Positions 1-13,943 are shown, numbered from the stretch's first letter. The stretch: DNA of 64,000 nucleotides from Hemiscyllium ocellatum (GCF_020745735.1 NC_083435.1:45942498-46006497); one strand, 5' to 3'. The notes: a model not told the origin generated them from the sequence alone. Numbers and translations: made by a program.

Positions 1-1349
1 GGTTGTCCATCCTTGACGTGGTGATGAAGGGAGACCAGCTAACTGTCAATCTTCATGCTCAGGCTCGGCAGGTGGATGCTGATTGGTCAGGCTGTTGCCA
101 TGACAACACAGTGGGTTCGACTGTCCCGATCACTGTTTTTCTTTTGGAGAAGGTGCAATTCATGTACAAATTCCTTTCCTATACAAAACAGGGCCCTGAG
201 TGTTTATGGTTTAAAGCAAACGTATAATCTGGGCCAAAGGCAGGCATATTGCATTAGACCGCGGATCATCCATGATTGGTACCATTGAATGGTAGGACAA
301 GCTCAAGAGGCTGAATGGCCTCCTCCTGTTCCTACGAATGTAGCTTTCAGCATGTGCCAGTGTGTCACTCTGGGGCCCAACTGATCATCTTAAACTGGCT
401 TGTGGTGAGTCTCTGAACACAGTCTGGGTTATTTAATTAATCATGTCCAATAGCAGAGTGCACATCCAATGGTGGCTATCCTTTCAGAGGTTTGCGGCCC
501 TGGGCTGGTTATGCAGGATCAGACACTGTCCACAGCGAATGATAATCGGGCTACATTGTTCGATATGGTCGCCCCCTGTCATTGATAGATACAGCCTGCA
601 TACCTGGAATCGCTCGATCACTGAAACTCAAGATACCACCTTACTCATTTGTGTTTCTGGCAAAACATTAATAGCAATATGCTGTTAGTGGACACAACCT
701 ACTCATGGATTTATTGCTGAGTGAGGCAACTAGCTTCACTGATTGCTTGGATTTTCTGGGACTCCATTTCGTTCCAGGGTATTCTGAGCTAGACTGGGCG
801 CCATTCAGCCAGAGGTAGTGGACAGAGGCCCCTTTCATGAGTTTTCACTGTACAAGTGCTTGGTGATTGGTTCGGGTACCTGTTACTGTGCCGTTTCACT
901 GACACCTCTCCCATCTCAGCAGCAACCTCTCACAGTGAGCAAATGGCTCTGGCCCAATTCATGTCGTTCCCAATAAGACCAAACTTGTAGCATGCAACTG
1001 TGGGAATCCTGGTGTGGATATTGACCAGAGAGTGTGGGCCTTTGCTCGGTAAGGGTTAAGCAACCATTATATTGGTTGAGAATTCTGACATGGAGAAGGG
1101 TGGGCTCATTTGCGTGTTCCGTTTCAATGGTCAATGTGGGAGAAAGATGGCGTTTATTAAGCTTGCAGGCTGAAATATTCTGAATATGTCACTTACATAT
1201 CTGAAATATGCAAAGGCTTAAAGGTTTTTCTATCAAAGGAGATCTTCTAATGGAATTAGCATGAGCTGGACCTAGAGGGGATCCCAGGAAATGCCATCTC
1301 TCTGGTGTGTATACGTGAGCCTCTATTGACAACCACTCCAAAAACTAAA

Positions 1350-1569
1350 AATCTCACAGCACCAGGTTATAGTCCAACAGGTTTAATTGGAAGCACACTA
1401 GTTTTCGGAGTGTCACTCCTTCATCAGGTGATAGTGGAGGGCTCGATCCTAACACACAGAATTTATAGCAAAAATTTACAGTGTGATGTAACTGAAATTA
1501 TACATTGAAAAATTGATTGTCTATTAAGCCTTTCATCTGTTAGAATACAGTGATAGTTTCCAAATCATG
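1350..1569 (-). mobile_element. Penelope-derived short insertion
   Basis: Same arm family; TSD actcca(a/t)aaactaaa at 1335-49 and 1570-84. Confidence 0.72.
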
Positions 1570-1679
1570 ACTCCATAAACTAAACCTGTTGGAAACACAA
1601 CCACACCAGAAGCTTATTTAAGCTGAACTGTTAGCACAATTAACCTTCTGCTTAATAAACCTCGTTTCTGTCTGCTTGA

Positions 1680-2670
1680 GTACCCCAGGGGCCAGTGCTT
1701 GGACCCCAACTATTCACTGCTGATTTTGATGAAGAAACTCAATGGAATATCTCCAGATATGCAGCTGACTACGAGCTAGGTGGAAGGGTGAGCTGTGATC
1801 AGGATGCAGTGTAATCTGGACAAGTTGAGTCAGTGAGCAAATACATCGCAGATGAAGCATAACGTGGACAAATATGACGTTATTTACTTAAGTATCAAGA
1901 GCAGGAAGACGTATTATTGTCTGAACAGCGATCGTTTAAGAAAGGGGCAGATGCAATAGGACCTGGGTGTCCCTCTTGTACACCGGTCACTGAAAGTCTG
2001 CAGACACGTGCGGGCGCAGCAGCTGATGAAGAAACTGAATAAGATGCTTTCATTGTGAAAGAATTCGAGTCCAGGAGCAGGGTGGTCTTGCAATAATATT
2101 ACAGGAACTTGCTGAAACTACATCCGGAGTATTGTGTGCACTCTTGGTCTCCTTAGCTGAGGAAGGATGTTCTGGCTATGGAGGGAATGGAACAAAGGTT
2201 TTCCAGACTGATTCCTGGGATGGCAGGACCGAGGTATGAAGGTAGACTGCATCAGTTCGGACTACATTCACTGGAATTTAGAGGAATGAGAGAGGAGTCT
2301 CATAGAAACCTATAACCATTCTAACCAGACTAGACAGGGGAAAAGCAAAAAGGATGTTCCTGATGACCAGGGAGCCTGGACTCAGGGGTCATGATTTAAA
2401 GATATGGGGTAGGCCATTTTTAGGATTAACATGAGGAGAAATGTCTTCAACCAGTCATCAGCCTGTGGAAATCTCTATCATGGAAGGTGGTTGAGGCCAA
2501 AACATGGACTGTTTTCAAGATGGAGTCAGATATAGTTCTTGGGTTAAAGAGATCCAGTGTATGGTGGGAAAACGGGTACACAATTAGATAATCAGCCACG
2601 ATCGCACTGCATGAGGGAGCAGGTTCACAGGGTGAACCTCCAACTACTGCTCCTAGTTTCTATGTTTCTA
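1680..2670 (+). mobile_element. Degraded CR1 3' fragment
   Basis: PQG-VLGPQLF start, HLEYCV-type region, ctatgtttcta tail. Confidence 0.8.
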
Positions 2671-2870
2671 AATGTTGCATCCAGTTCTAGATAAGTTTTC
2701 CACAAACACAGGGAAGGACTCCTTCAAGTTTGCACAGACCACATACGAGTTCCAAATTGGCAGCAATCACATATTCCCGTTCTCTCTTTTGACGTTATGA
2801 TCTTACGTCCTGACAGATCACTCCGAATCACCAGTGGACAGTTAGACAGTGTCACTATTTTGTGGTGTAG

Positions 2871-3078
2871 TGATGGTAACGTGGTCAGCCAAGTGGATCT
2901 CAGAGATGGAGTTCCCTGATTGGACCAGCTGAACAGCCCCAATCAGGGAGCCCTGGCTGACCGTTAGAAATAGAAGCGTCGGAGTTCCTGTTCACTCGGA
3001 GGTAGCTGGAACAGTGTCTCAGACTTTCCGCAGGTAAATAAAGGGGAACTGGATACCAGCCTCTCTGAAGTTAGTTCA
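2871..3078 (+). mobile_element. Uninterrupted solo LTR-like element of the same family, in a TAP2 intron
   Basis: TG...CA ends, paired CTGATTGG/CCAATCAG, AATAAA near the 3' end. No clean TSD. Confidence 0.65.
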
Positions 3079-3387
3079 CGTGGCAGTCTAGGTGTACCAC
3101 TTCTTTCGAGCTCGGGTGTCTGAATCGGCAAGCATTGATTTCATGAAGTTAACAGTTCTGTTTCAATGAGTGCACCCGAGTAGGCAGCATTACCCAGCTC
3201 TTGTGGGTCACCATGAGAAACAGCTCTCCGATGGGAAGGCCGCTGCCCTTTCAGCTTCAGGCCTCCTTTTCAGCCGTTGCTGTGTGTCTGTGTGTTGTTG
3301 ATACATGCGCTGCTGTGTTTGGTCTGTCTTTGTGAGGACGAGCATGGACTTTGCCAAGGTAAAGCTGTTCTCTGTCTATTTAAACAG

Positions 3388-3576
3388 ACCCTGGTTCACA
3401 TGTACTCGGAGATGACCCACTCGGTGGGAGCAGCCCAGAAAGTGTTTGAGTATATGGATCGGAAGTCCAGTGTTCCCACGGACGGGAAGCTGGTAAAGGA
3501 GACTCTGAAAGGACATGTAGAATTCCAGAATGTATCCTTCTCTTACCCAACCAGACCTGACGTTCAGTCCTTAAAG
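3388..3576 (+). CDS. TAP2: TAP2-type transporter exon, 189 nt, end of the transmembrane domain into the NBD (TLVHMYSEMTHSVGAAQKVFEYMDR...YPTRPDVQSLK)
   Basis: Acceptor tttaaacag|, donor |gtaaga, phase 0/0. The peptide resembles recalled human TAP2 TLVYIYGDMLSNVGAAEKVFSYMDR more than ABCB9. Earlier exons lie upstream of the window. Confidence 0.9.
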
Positions 3577-3924
3577 GTAAGATTATAATCGAATCATCTC
3601 CTCTATCCTCTGAGATCAGGCATTGTAATGTTACAGTGGATCCCAGAGTAATCCTGGATTAGGCGTTGAGGGTAATTTTGCAGGCGATCTCACTGAGATC
3701 TGAATCCAATACTAAGACAATGATGTCAGTGAGAGCAGAATCATTTTGGGACAGAAGGAGAGATTTGCTCCATCGTTATGGGACAGATTTGTTCCATTGT
3801 GCCTGTACTGATTCTGTAACTATAATGTGTACTATTGGAGTAGGTCTCAGTTACATCATCGGTCAGGTACGGAGCATATTATTGCAGTGGATTACAGTGA
3901 GATCTTAGATCAGGGACCGAAGAC

Positions 3925-6240
3925 CTTAAGACAAAGGAGCAGATATTAGGCCATTCAGCCCAGTCAGCCTGCTCCACCATTCAGTCATGACTGAACCCCA
4001 TTCTCCTGCTTTCTCCCCAAAACCCTTGATCCCTTTGATTCTCAAGAACCTATCTATCTCTGTCTTAAATACATCCAATGACCTGGCCTCTGCAGTCTTC
4101 TGTGGCAATGAATTCCATAGACTCACCACTCTCTGGCTCAAGAAGTTTCTCCTTTTCTCCTTATCTCCATTCTAAAAGGTCTTTTCTCTAAGATAGTGCC
4201 CTCGGGGCTTAGTCTGTCCTATCAATGGGGACACTTTCCCAACACCTACTCTGTCCAGGCCATTCAATATTCCGTATGTTTCAATTAGATACCCCCTCAT
4301 CCTTCTCAACTCCATCGAATATAGGCCCTCAGTCCTCAAATGTTCCTCATCTGTTAAGCTTTTCAGTCCTGGGACCCTTCTCATGAACCTCCTCTGAACA
4401 CGCTCCAGGGCCAGTCCATCCTTCCTGAGATATGGGGCCCAAAACCACGCACAATACTCCAAATGTGGTCTGACCAGAGCCTCAGAAGTACTATCCCTGC
4501 TTATATATTCAAGTCCTTTCAAAATAAATGCCATCATTGTATTTGCCTTCCTAACTACCGACTCAACCTGCCTGGTAATCCCTGAGAGAATCTGACATTA
4601 TGATTCAGTGGATTTCTGGGAAATCTTAGATTAGCCAATGATGACCATCGATATAGGAGCTAGAGTAGGCTATCTGGCCCATTGAGTCTGCTCTGCCATT
4701 CAATAAGGCCATGGCGGATCCGCTAATCCTCAACTCCACTTTGTTCCCAGTAACTTTGGAATTCCTTCCTGATCGAAAATTTGCCATTCTCGGTGCCCGA
4801 TAATCATCTTGAGTGAGTCCATACCCAATCAGTTTAACATCCCCTTTTATGACGGTCTCTCCATATCTGGGATCAGCTGAGTGAACCTTCTCTGGACTGC
4901 CTCTGATTATCTTTCCTTGGTTACCCTTCCCAGTATTCCAGCTGTAGTCTGACTTATGTCTTATACAGTTTTAGCGACACCTCCCTATTTATATACCCCA
5001 CTCCCTTTGAAATAAAGGTCAGTGTTCTGTTTGTTTTCCCTATGATCTATTGACTTGGACACTCCTTTTGTGTAATTTATGGACAAGGACGTCCAAATCC
5101 CTCTTTCTGCAGTCTTTCTCCATTTAAATAATATTCAATTCCTTTATTCTTGCCAAAGTGTATAACATCACATTTCCCAGTATTGTGGCTATCTCCAGTC
5201 ATTTTTACTGCAGAGAGACAGACAGACTGACAGCTTGACATCGTCAAATGGTCATGACTGCCCTAACCAGTCAGCCCCTTATGCCTGTCCTTCCTTTCTA
5301 TAAAACCATGTCCAATCAGTCCTGGGCCTCATCTCTCTCTTGCCGCCTCTGCATAGCTGTCAACTCTGACATTAAGTAATATATCTATACAAATAATCCT
5401 CTTAAATTAAATCCTCTTAAACTTACAACGAGCCATCCTTACAACTCTTCAGGGTAGGGAAGTTCATACATTCTTTACCCTCTGAGAGCAAAATTTCCTT
5501 TCCATATCAGTCTTCAATGAGTGTGCTCTTTTCCCTAATTTGAGACTCTCCCATGAGTGGAAGAGTCTCAACATCCCCCCTGTCAAACCCCTCAGAATCA
5601 GCCTTTCAATAAAATCACCAACTTTCTTCTAAACTCTAATGAACAAAGACCTAATCTAGTTAGCAATTCTTCAGAAGTCAAGAATCACCTCGTGGGCTTC
5701 ATTTGAACTGTTCCCAATCCCAGTCATTCCTTTGTAAATACCGGATCAGAAGTGTTCCCAGTACTCCAGGTATGGCTTCACCAATATTGTGTGTAGTTGT
5801 AAGAAGACCCTTCTGTTTCTAACCTCGCCAGTCACAAAGCCCTAAATTCCATGTACTTTCTTCATTACTTGCTACACTTACATGCTAACTTGTCTTTCAT
5901 AAGAACACCCACATGCACTTTTTTTTGGAGTCTCGCTCCATTTAAAAATGATCCTTCCATTAAAGTACATGACCTCGCACTTTCCTACATTAAACCCATC
6001 TGTCCAGTTTTATCCCACTGTCTCCACCTATCTGTATTCACTTGCAGATTCCTTATGGTCCTCAGCACAAAGTGCCTTCATCTTATTTGCATCATCAGAA
6101 ACTGGCTCCCCTTCGTTATTCCCCCACCCCCTAACTGTTCACAACAATGTTCATGGAAAAGCTTCCAATAGTATGCCTTTCTCCCACATCCAAACTAACT
6201 TCTGTTTGAAAAAGAGTTCATTTGATTACCCATTCTTGAA
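3925..6240 (-). mobile_element. Cluster of degraded CR1 3' fragments
   Basis: Minus-strand ORF with [17 protein letters not shown] (4172-4537) and further decayed copies. Boundaries approximate. Confidence 0.75.
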
Positions 6241-7071
6241 TTGAAAAGTGAGTTTATTAGTTAGTGAAACCTAAAAAAACGTAGAAATGTAACACAGGCA
6301 CACAAAGTGAGTCCAAATATAAAGATAAAAGTGAGTAGATATATGGATTAGTCTCTGGGCAGTTGGGAAAGAGTGAAAGGGTAATAGTGAATGTAGCAGC
6401 CATTACATTGGGTGATAAAGTAGGGCCGATATTGGTAGTTGAGCAGTCAATTTTGAGATTCTTCTCTTTGCAATTTAACTGAAATTCTTTTGTCCTGTTT
6501 CCTTTCAGCAGTGAATAGCTTTCAGCAAAGTGAGGACTAGTCTTTATTTTTACCTGAAGTGCAAGGGTGTCTAGTAGCTGTCCTCAAGCTGTGACCTTCA
6601 CAGAATGCCAGTCCACATGATCTCATGTTGCTTTACAGATTAGGGACTGTACTCCGTGTATGTTTGTGGAAGGGTAAACCATAGAAATGTGGGCAAGAGA
6701 TGGCTTTCTCCTAAGGCAGTTTAGAAATGTAGGGGTGGAGATCCAGCCACTTATTAACTCTTCTTCTTCACTCTCTCTGTTAGACATGTCTGTGATATCC
6801 GTCAGTTGTAATTATCCATGGGTTCACACAGGTATATACCTGGGGGCCAGTGAATATACATCCACAACCATGTTCTGCCTGTGTGTCCTCTAGTAAAAAA
6901 AAAGACTTGTTGGAATTTATTAGTTCAATGTGACCATTAGTAATTTGGCTTCTGAGCCATGGTACAGTTGAACCTGCCTTCTCTGTTCTTTCCCACTGAC
7001 AGACCCGGATGTGTGGGTCCTGCCTTGCACTGTACTGACCTGCTCCTTCTCCCTGTCCTGTTCCTTTCCAG

Positions 7072-7245
7072 AACGTCTCCTTTGAGCTGAAGTGTGGTGA
7101 GATCACGGCCCTGGTGGGACCCTCCGGAGGGGGTAAGACGACGTGTGTGAACCTACTCGAGAGGTTTTATCGACCTCAGTCCGGACAGATCCTGCTGGAT
7201 GGCAGACCCATTGAGGAATATGAACATAAATATTACCACAACAAG
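7072..7245 (+). CDS. TAP2: TAP2 exon, 174 nt, Walker A (NVSFELKCGEITALVGPSGGGKTTCVNLLERFY...YYHNK)
   Basis: Polypyrimidine tract plus ttccag| acceptor, |gtgagg donor, open frame with GxxGxGKT. Not in the ORF track because it has no start codon. Confidence 0.93.
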
Positions 7246-8913
7246 GTGAGGGGCAGCTGTCCCCCTGTCCCTGGGGATAGAGTGAGTGAGTGAGTGGCTC
7301 ATATAACCCCCAGGGTCAGGGAGAAAATTCTGTAATGAATAAGGAGGTGCAGAGTGGCAATAGCACAAGCAAACTGGGCACATAATACTCCAGGGATTGG
7401 CATTCATTCTATTGCCCTGTACTCACTCACTCTCTGCAAATGCTGCATCTCAGCTCCCAGCTTTCTGTCCTTCAGGAGGAGGCCTTTCAGCCTGTTCACC
7501 ACAAAATAGCTTACATCTGATCCGCGCCTTCTCTAAATCTACCCAATTTGGTTCCATTTCCCTTGGCACGACTGACAAACAAAAAGCTCCAACCTTAGTC
7601 TTTATATTTGAACTAACTTCCATCCTGAGCCACCTTTTGGGACAGGGAAAAGCATCTACATTTGGATTGAAATGTGCCCATTGCCCATCACCCTGTGATC
7701 GTTGACCAACCCGAGTGGCCAATGTAAGTTATCCCCATCTCTTTGAGCAAGACCATTGCTGACTGTGGACTGACCACCCTCCCTCTCACCTCCCTCTGTC
7801 AGATTATCCCTGCTATAATGGGAAGAAACTGTTGTTTTTCCTCACTTGTGCCCAAAACCTGTCGACCCACCCTCCTGGGCTGTTCCTCCATGAATCTTTG
7901 GCTTGTTCACCTTGATAGAGTAATTCAGATGAACTGTGAGTTGTCTGATTGCTATGTTGGCTGTGAGAAAACTCAGGGCTCCTTGCTGAAGGAAATCAGG
8001 GGAGTTAACCTGACAAGCATTTACCCTCCAACCTGCACTCCCACTACATAAGGCAAGCATTTATTGTTATCGAGCTCTCCAGCACATCTACACTGGTCAA
8101 AAATAACCACCTAACTCATCCCATTTTCCAGCACTTGGCCCGTTGCCTTGTATGCCTTGGTGTCACAAGTGCCCACCTTGTTTAATGGGATGAGGGTTTC
8201 TGTGTCTATCGCCCTGACAGGCAGTGAGTTCTAGGCTCCCTCAAAGTAAAACAGTTTCCCTTCAAAGTGCCCTCTAAACTTTCCAGCCTGTACCTTAAAT
8301 CTGTGTTTCTGGTCATTGACCTCTCCACCAAGAGGAAGTTTCTTCCTCTCTATCCTATCTGTGCTCCTGAAAATTGTACAAATCTCAGTCAAATCCCCTC
8401 TGCTTTAGGAAAACAACCCCAGTATGTCCCATCTCTCTCGGTACTGAAACTCTACAGCCCAACTTCCTGGTAAATCTCCAGTGTTATAATGAGGATTCCA
8501 GAACAGCACACAATACTCTCGCTATGACCTCCCCAATGTTTTATACGGTTCCAGCATCATCTCCCTGCACTTAAAGCCAATACCTCAGTTAATAAAGGTA
8601 AGTCTATCACTTTACCAACTGCCTCAGTGGGGGATGTGCACATCAATTTCCATCTGTCCATCCCAAATTACACACAATATCGGTGTGTACCATAGTGACT
8701 ACACTCAGTATGTCCTTCTCGAGATGTGTGATGCTTTGAGCTGTGTTGAATGATGTTCCTTCATTGCCCACTCTCAGTCTGTTGGTGAGTACTGAGTACA
8801 GGTCTCACTATCCTGCCTGGTCCTCTCTCACCGACAGCATTTTACAACCACACTGGGGTCTGTCTCTGTCTGCTGGTGATTCTGAACAAAACTCTTGTGT
8901 TTTTGCTCCTCAG

Positions 8914-9073
8914 TTGGGTGTCGTGGGACAGGAGCCTGTGCTGTTTGCACTTTCTGTCAGGGACAATATCTGCTATGGCCTCCAGAACGTTCCGATGTCA
9001 TCGGTCACTGCAGCAGCTCAGAAAGCCAATGCCCATGAATTCATCGAGGGACTGGAGCGTGGCTACAGCACAG
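8914..9073 (+). CDS. TAP2: TAP2 exon, 160 nt, Q-loop (LGVVGQEPVLFALSVRDNICYGL...GLERGYST)
   Basis: ctcctcag| acceptor, |gtatca donor, ends in phase 1 matching the next exon. Confidence 0.93.
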
Positions 9074-9395
9074 GTATCATCAGAAACAACACTCTAAACC
9101 CAGCAAGACTGGCAGTGAGGGCAGGATGATCGGGACGGACAGTCAGGGACTTGGATGGAGTGTGACAGTGAGGGACTCTGTTATCGAGGGCAACTGACTA
9201 TCTGGGCTTTGTGTGTTTGGGAGTTACTCCCACTGATCTCTGTGGAGGGCTACACCAGTGGGGAGCTCACCTCCGTCTCCGAGAGAAGCCACATGAGGAG
9301 CTGCTCAGGTCACTGAGCTGCCCCCACTGTATGGAGAAGGGGAAAGGGATCAATACGATGTGACCATCACTGAAATATTCCACTCTCCCATTCAG

Positions 9396-9532
9396 ATGTC
9401 GGAGAGACGGGAGGACAGCTTTCTGGTGGAGAGAAACAGAGAATAGCCATTGCTCGAGCTCTCATCCGACAACCTCAAATCCTCATCCTTGACGAAGCAA
9501 CCAGCTCCCTCGATGTGGAGAGTGAGCACACG
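9396..9532 (+). CDS. TAP2: TAP2 exon, 137 nt, signature and Walker B ([46 protein letters not shown])
   Basis: cccattcag| acceptor, |gtgagg donor, phase 1 in and phase 0 out, ABC motifs intact. Confidence 0.94.
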
Positions 9533-9649
9533 GTGAGGGAGCAGCCTCAGGGTTCACAGAAACTCTTATTACAGAGCGTTATTACACTGTGTTAGGGTGT
9601 AGATTGGTAGGGTTTATTACCGGTGTAACAGATTTCTCACAGTGACAGA

Positions 9650-12600
9650 ATTGTTATTCTGCAAAAGGAGTCCATTCAGTGCATTTTGCCTGCACTGACT
9701 CTGAGAATATGAATTTTGGTCTAACCTCCAGCCATTTCCCTGTACATCCTGTGTATTTATGTAACCGTTCAATTCCCTTTTGAATACCTGAGTTGAATCT
9801 ACCTTCCCCATATTTCCCAGATGCTGGGTGGGAAGCATCCTGCACCTTGCATTCGCTTCACCTGCAAAACACTTCAAATCTGGGCCTTTGGCTCTCAATC
9901 CAATTATGAGCAGCAGCACTTTCTTACTTGTGTACTTTTTCAGACACTTCATGATTTAAAAACTTCTCTTTCATCTCCACTTAGCTCTCTCTTCCTCTCG
10001 GAGATCAGTCAAATTTTCCCCACTCTCTCTTAAAAGCTAAAAATCACACAACACCAGGTTATAGTCCAACAGGTTTAATTGGAAGCACTAGCTTTCGGAG
10101 CGACGCTCCTTCATCAGGTGGTTGTGGAGTTTAACATCATAAGACTCAGATTCTGTGTCTCACAATCTTATTCTCCACAACCACCTGATGAAGGAGCGTC
10201 TCTCCGAAAGCTAGTGTGCTTCCAATTAAACCTGTTGGACTATAACCTGGTGTTGTGTGATTTTTAACTTTGTACACCCCAGTCCAACACCGGCATCTCC
10301 ATATCATCTAAAGTGTCTCATCTCTGGACCCATTCTTGCAAATCACTTCTGCACTCTCTCTTATACTTTGACCTACTTCCTATAAAATGGTGCCCACAGC
10401 TGTCCACAATACTCCAGCCGAGGCTGAAACAAGTATGCAGTGTAAGTTCATCAGAAACCCTCTGGTCTTATAATCACTGCCTTAATGAATGAAGCCTGGA
10501 GTACTCTATGATTTATTAATAGCTCTCTCCCTCACACTTTTCATGACTTGTGTATGTTTGCCTGTAGGAACCCCTGCTCCTGTACAACATTCAGAATCAT
10601 ACTCTTTATTTTATACTCTTTTCATTTTCTTTGTACTAAAGTCCATCAGCTCCAAGTTTTTCCACATTGAACCCTAAATGCCCCCGCTTGCCCAGCCCAC
10701 TGTTTGTCAATGTCCTTTTGGATTTCCACACTGATCCCTCATACTTTACGATTCTTCTAAGTTTTGCATCATCTGCAAATATGGACGTTGTTCCCAGCAG
10801 ACCAAGTTCCAGATTATTTGTACATAACAGGAAAAGCAAGGGTCTCCTACTGACCCCGAGAGATCTGCACTACAAATCCTCTACTCTCTGCAGAAAACAC
10901 CCATTTATCATCATCCTACTATCTTATCCAAGACTGAGTCTATCTTGTATCCATGTTGCTGCTGTCCTTTTTAAATCTCAACCATCCATTCTATGGCACT
11001 CTCTCTCCCACACCTCTTGGAAATCCAGATAAACCACAGCAACAGCATAACCCTCATTAAGCCCTTTCTGTTACCTTTTCAAAGAACTACAGCAAGTTCG
11101 TGAGATACATTTTTCCCGTAAGATATTCATACTGCCTCTTCCAAATCATTAATATTTTACCATGTGACTATTAAACTTCCCCGAAATAGTTTTCTTTGAC
11201 GTTTCCTTGCCAATGAGAGTATACTGAATGGGCTGTGATTTCTCAGCCTCTCTGTACAATCTCTTTGAACATGGCTATAAATTTTGCAATTGTCCAGTCC
11301 TCTGGCAATCCTCGACCACTTCAAATCCTGGGAGGATTGCAATATTGTGGCTTATGCCTCTGCATTTTCCACGTTCGCTTCCTCTATATCCTTGGATGCA
11401 TCTCCTCTGGCCCTGATTTAAGTACAAACAGTTTATCCAATGCTGCATCTTTATCAATTTAAAAGTCTTCTAACTGACTGGGTTTACTCCTCTGTCACAA
11501 TTTCCTTCTGAATATTCAAGGCTGAGACAGACGGGTATTTCCTCATTGAGGGAATCAAGGGTGAGGGGGAAAAGGCAGGAAAGTGATGTTGAGGATGATC
11601 AGATCAGTCATGATCTCACTCGATGGGCTGAATGGCCTGACATGTGGTCTTGTGACCCAGGCAGCACCTACATTGTAGGGAAAGACAGATGCAAAGTATC
11701 CCATGAACCCCTCTGAGTTGCCTCTTACCTTCATGTGTACACCCCCTTTTTGATGTCTGATCAGCCCTCTTCCCCTGTTTCCCACCTCTTACTGTTCATG
11801 TCCATATTGGAGACTTGGGCATTGTCCCTTGATGTTAGCTGTCAGCCTTCTCCCATAATTTCTCTTTGTTTCACTTATTTCCTCACCTTCCCACCCAAAC
11901 CTTCAATATTCCTCCTCACTCTCAATTGTATTCTCTGTCTGACACCTGTCGAAAGCAGACTTTCTCTACATTATCGAAATGTCTATCTCCTGGCCATCCA
12001 TGGAGCTCTCGGTTTGATGGTCCCACCTTTCCTTTTTGAGGGAATATACCTTGACTGTACCTGGACCATCCCCTTCCCGTTGTTCAGCTGCTGTTTTTCC
12101 CACCAACCTTTAGTTCCAGTTGATCAGGCCAGCTCTGCTCCTGTCCCTTTAACATCCTCTCTCTGTCATTGATTATTCTTGCTCTGGATTGACCCCTGAC
12201 ATTTCCCACCGTTGTCTAGAACCGTTTGATACAATGATCACTGATCCCTAATTCCTCCTCCTTCACTTGGCCAGCCTCACTCCCAGAAGCCTGCTCTTGC
12301 AGACCCTCCTTCCTTGTTAGACTGGACACACATTGCTGCTGGAATCTCTCCTGGATACAGTCTAGGAAGACTTGTCCCTCCCTGTCCCTTATACCACACT
12401 ATCCCAGTCTGTATACAGCTAATTAAAGTCCTCCATTATAACTATTATATGATGTTTACACCTCTCTAATTCCCCTGCAGATTTGCTCCTCTTCATCCTC
12501 TCCACTTGCTGCTGTTCTACAGACTATACTGAGCAATGTGTCTAAACCTTTATATTAGATTGATTCTGCCCTTTAACCTTCTGAAATGTTCTATTTCCTC

Positions 12601-12950
12601 AGAACTACAATGGTCTCCTTAACTACAAAGCATCACCCTTGATCCCTTTTGTATTTTCCTGAATACCTTCTACTGAGGAATAGTTAACACCACCTTGCTC
12701 TCCAATGAGTCAGAACTCCGTCACCACCAACACATTGTAATTCTAATTCAAAATCTGCATCTGTACCTCCCTCACCATATTCCCTAATCTCTGTGTATTC
12801 ACCAACATGGTTTAGATTTTGACTCCGCTGAATAACTTCTTATTCTCTCATTGGTGCGAGCTGACATTTCAGGAACCCTAGTCTTCTCTGTTAGTTTCAC
12901 TTGATCCTACACTCCTGCCAAGTTAGTTTAAAACCCTCACCGTGACACTA
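9650..12950 (-). mobile_element. Degraded CR1 fragments (RT and endonuclease parts) in the last TAP2 intron
   Basis: FADDAKL at about 10760, GYFASVF at about 11700; interrupted by a palindromic insertion at 10038. Confidence 0.7.
10038..10300. mobile_element. Palindromic Penelope-derived insertion with a hammerhead motif in each arm
   Basis: About 92-bp inverted arms (10038-10129, 10173-10266) around a 43-bp spacer. Confidence 0.8.
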
Positions 12951-13017
12951 ACAAAACACCCTCAAGAAGCTCAGACCCAGGTGGAACCATTCTGGCTTGG
13001 GGCCATCTTCCCCAGAG

Positions 13018-13299
13018 CAGTGGTTAGCACTGCTGCCTCACAGCACCGGGGACCCGGGTTCGATTCCAGTCTCGGGTGACTGTGTGGAGTTTGCACATTC
13101 TCCCCGTGTCTGTGTGGGGTTTCCTGCGGGTGCTCCGGTTTCCTCCCACAATCCAGGGCTGTGCCAGTCAGCTGAATTGGCCATGCTAAACTGCTAATAT
13201 TGTTAGGTGCATTAGTCAGAGGGAATTGGGTCTGGGTGGGTGTGGACTGGTTGGGCCGAAGGGCCTGTTTCCACACTGTGGGGAATCTAATCTAATCTA
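13018..13299 (+). mobile_element. HE1-type tRNA-derived SINE
   Basis: TGGTTAGCACTGCTGCCTCACAGC head, GGTTCGATTCC B box, CR1-derived tail ending (ATCTA)n. Confidence 0.88.
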
Positions 13300-13943
13300 G
13301 AAATCTCCTGCTCCTGCAGTATCGTTCCAGCTATGGTGACACTTCCTGCACACGGGCTTGCATGTGACATTGGAAATGACCCTGACTGCCCACTGACACA
13401 CTTGGCTGAGCTGTTCTACACTTCTAACCTGAAACTTTTAAATCTATTTCCTCCTCTAATTTACTTTAGCCTCAGTCTCATAATATTAACAATACAATGC
13501 CATACAATAAATTGCTTCTCTCCCCTATGCTTATAAACTCTCACTTTCCCTGTGCTAGTTTACACATTTATATTTTCTAAATTATTGGAGTTGAAATACA
13601 GTCCCCAACATCAACTGGTCAACAACCAATAAACTTGCAAATGTCCTGCGATCACCTTGATCCTCCAGCTTAGCTCCGGGTAGGTGTTCCAGGGCAGGTC
13701 TGCCTCCTCTCACCCTGGAAAGGAAGGGTGTTGATTGGTTGGGTTTCTTACTGATGTCATGACGGTTTCCCACAGTCTAATAGAGGAGATGGTGATGGGG
13801 ACATGGGCAGCACTGTCAGATTTACACCTCCAGATCCCCCAGCCCAAAGAGGTTCCTGCATTAGGCGACACTGACTCTATGTGCCTGATGTTAATTCTCT
13901 CTCTCTCACTCTCTTTGTCTCACTCTCTCTCTGTCTCTCCCAG

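Noticed and set aside
2915-2946. Paired CTGATTGG/CCAATCAG as an MHC regulatory element
   Set aside because: Part of the solo LTR and repeated in the split LTR at about 30670.
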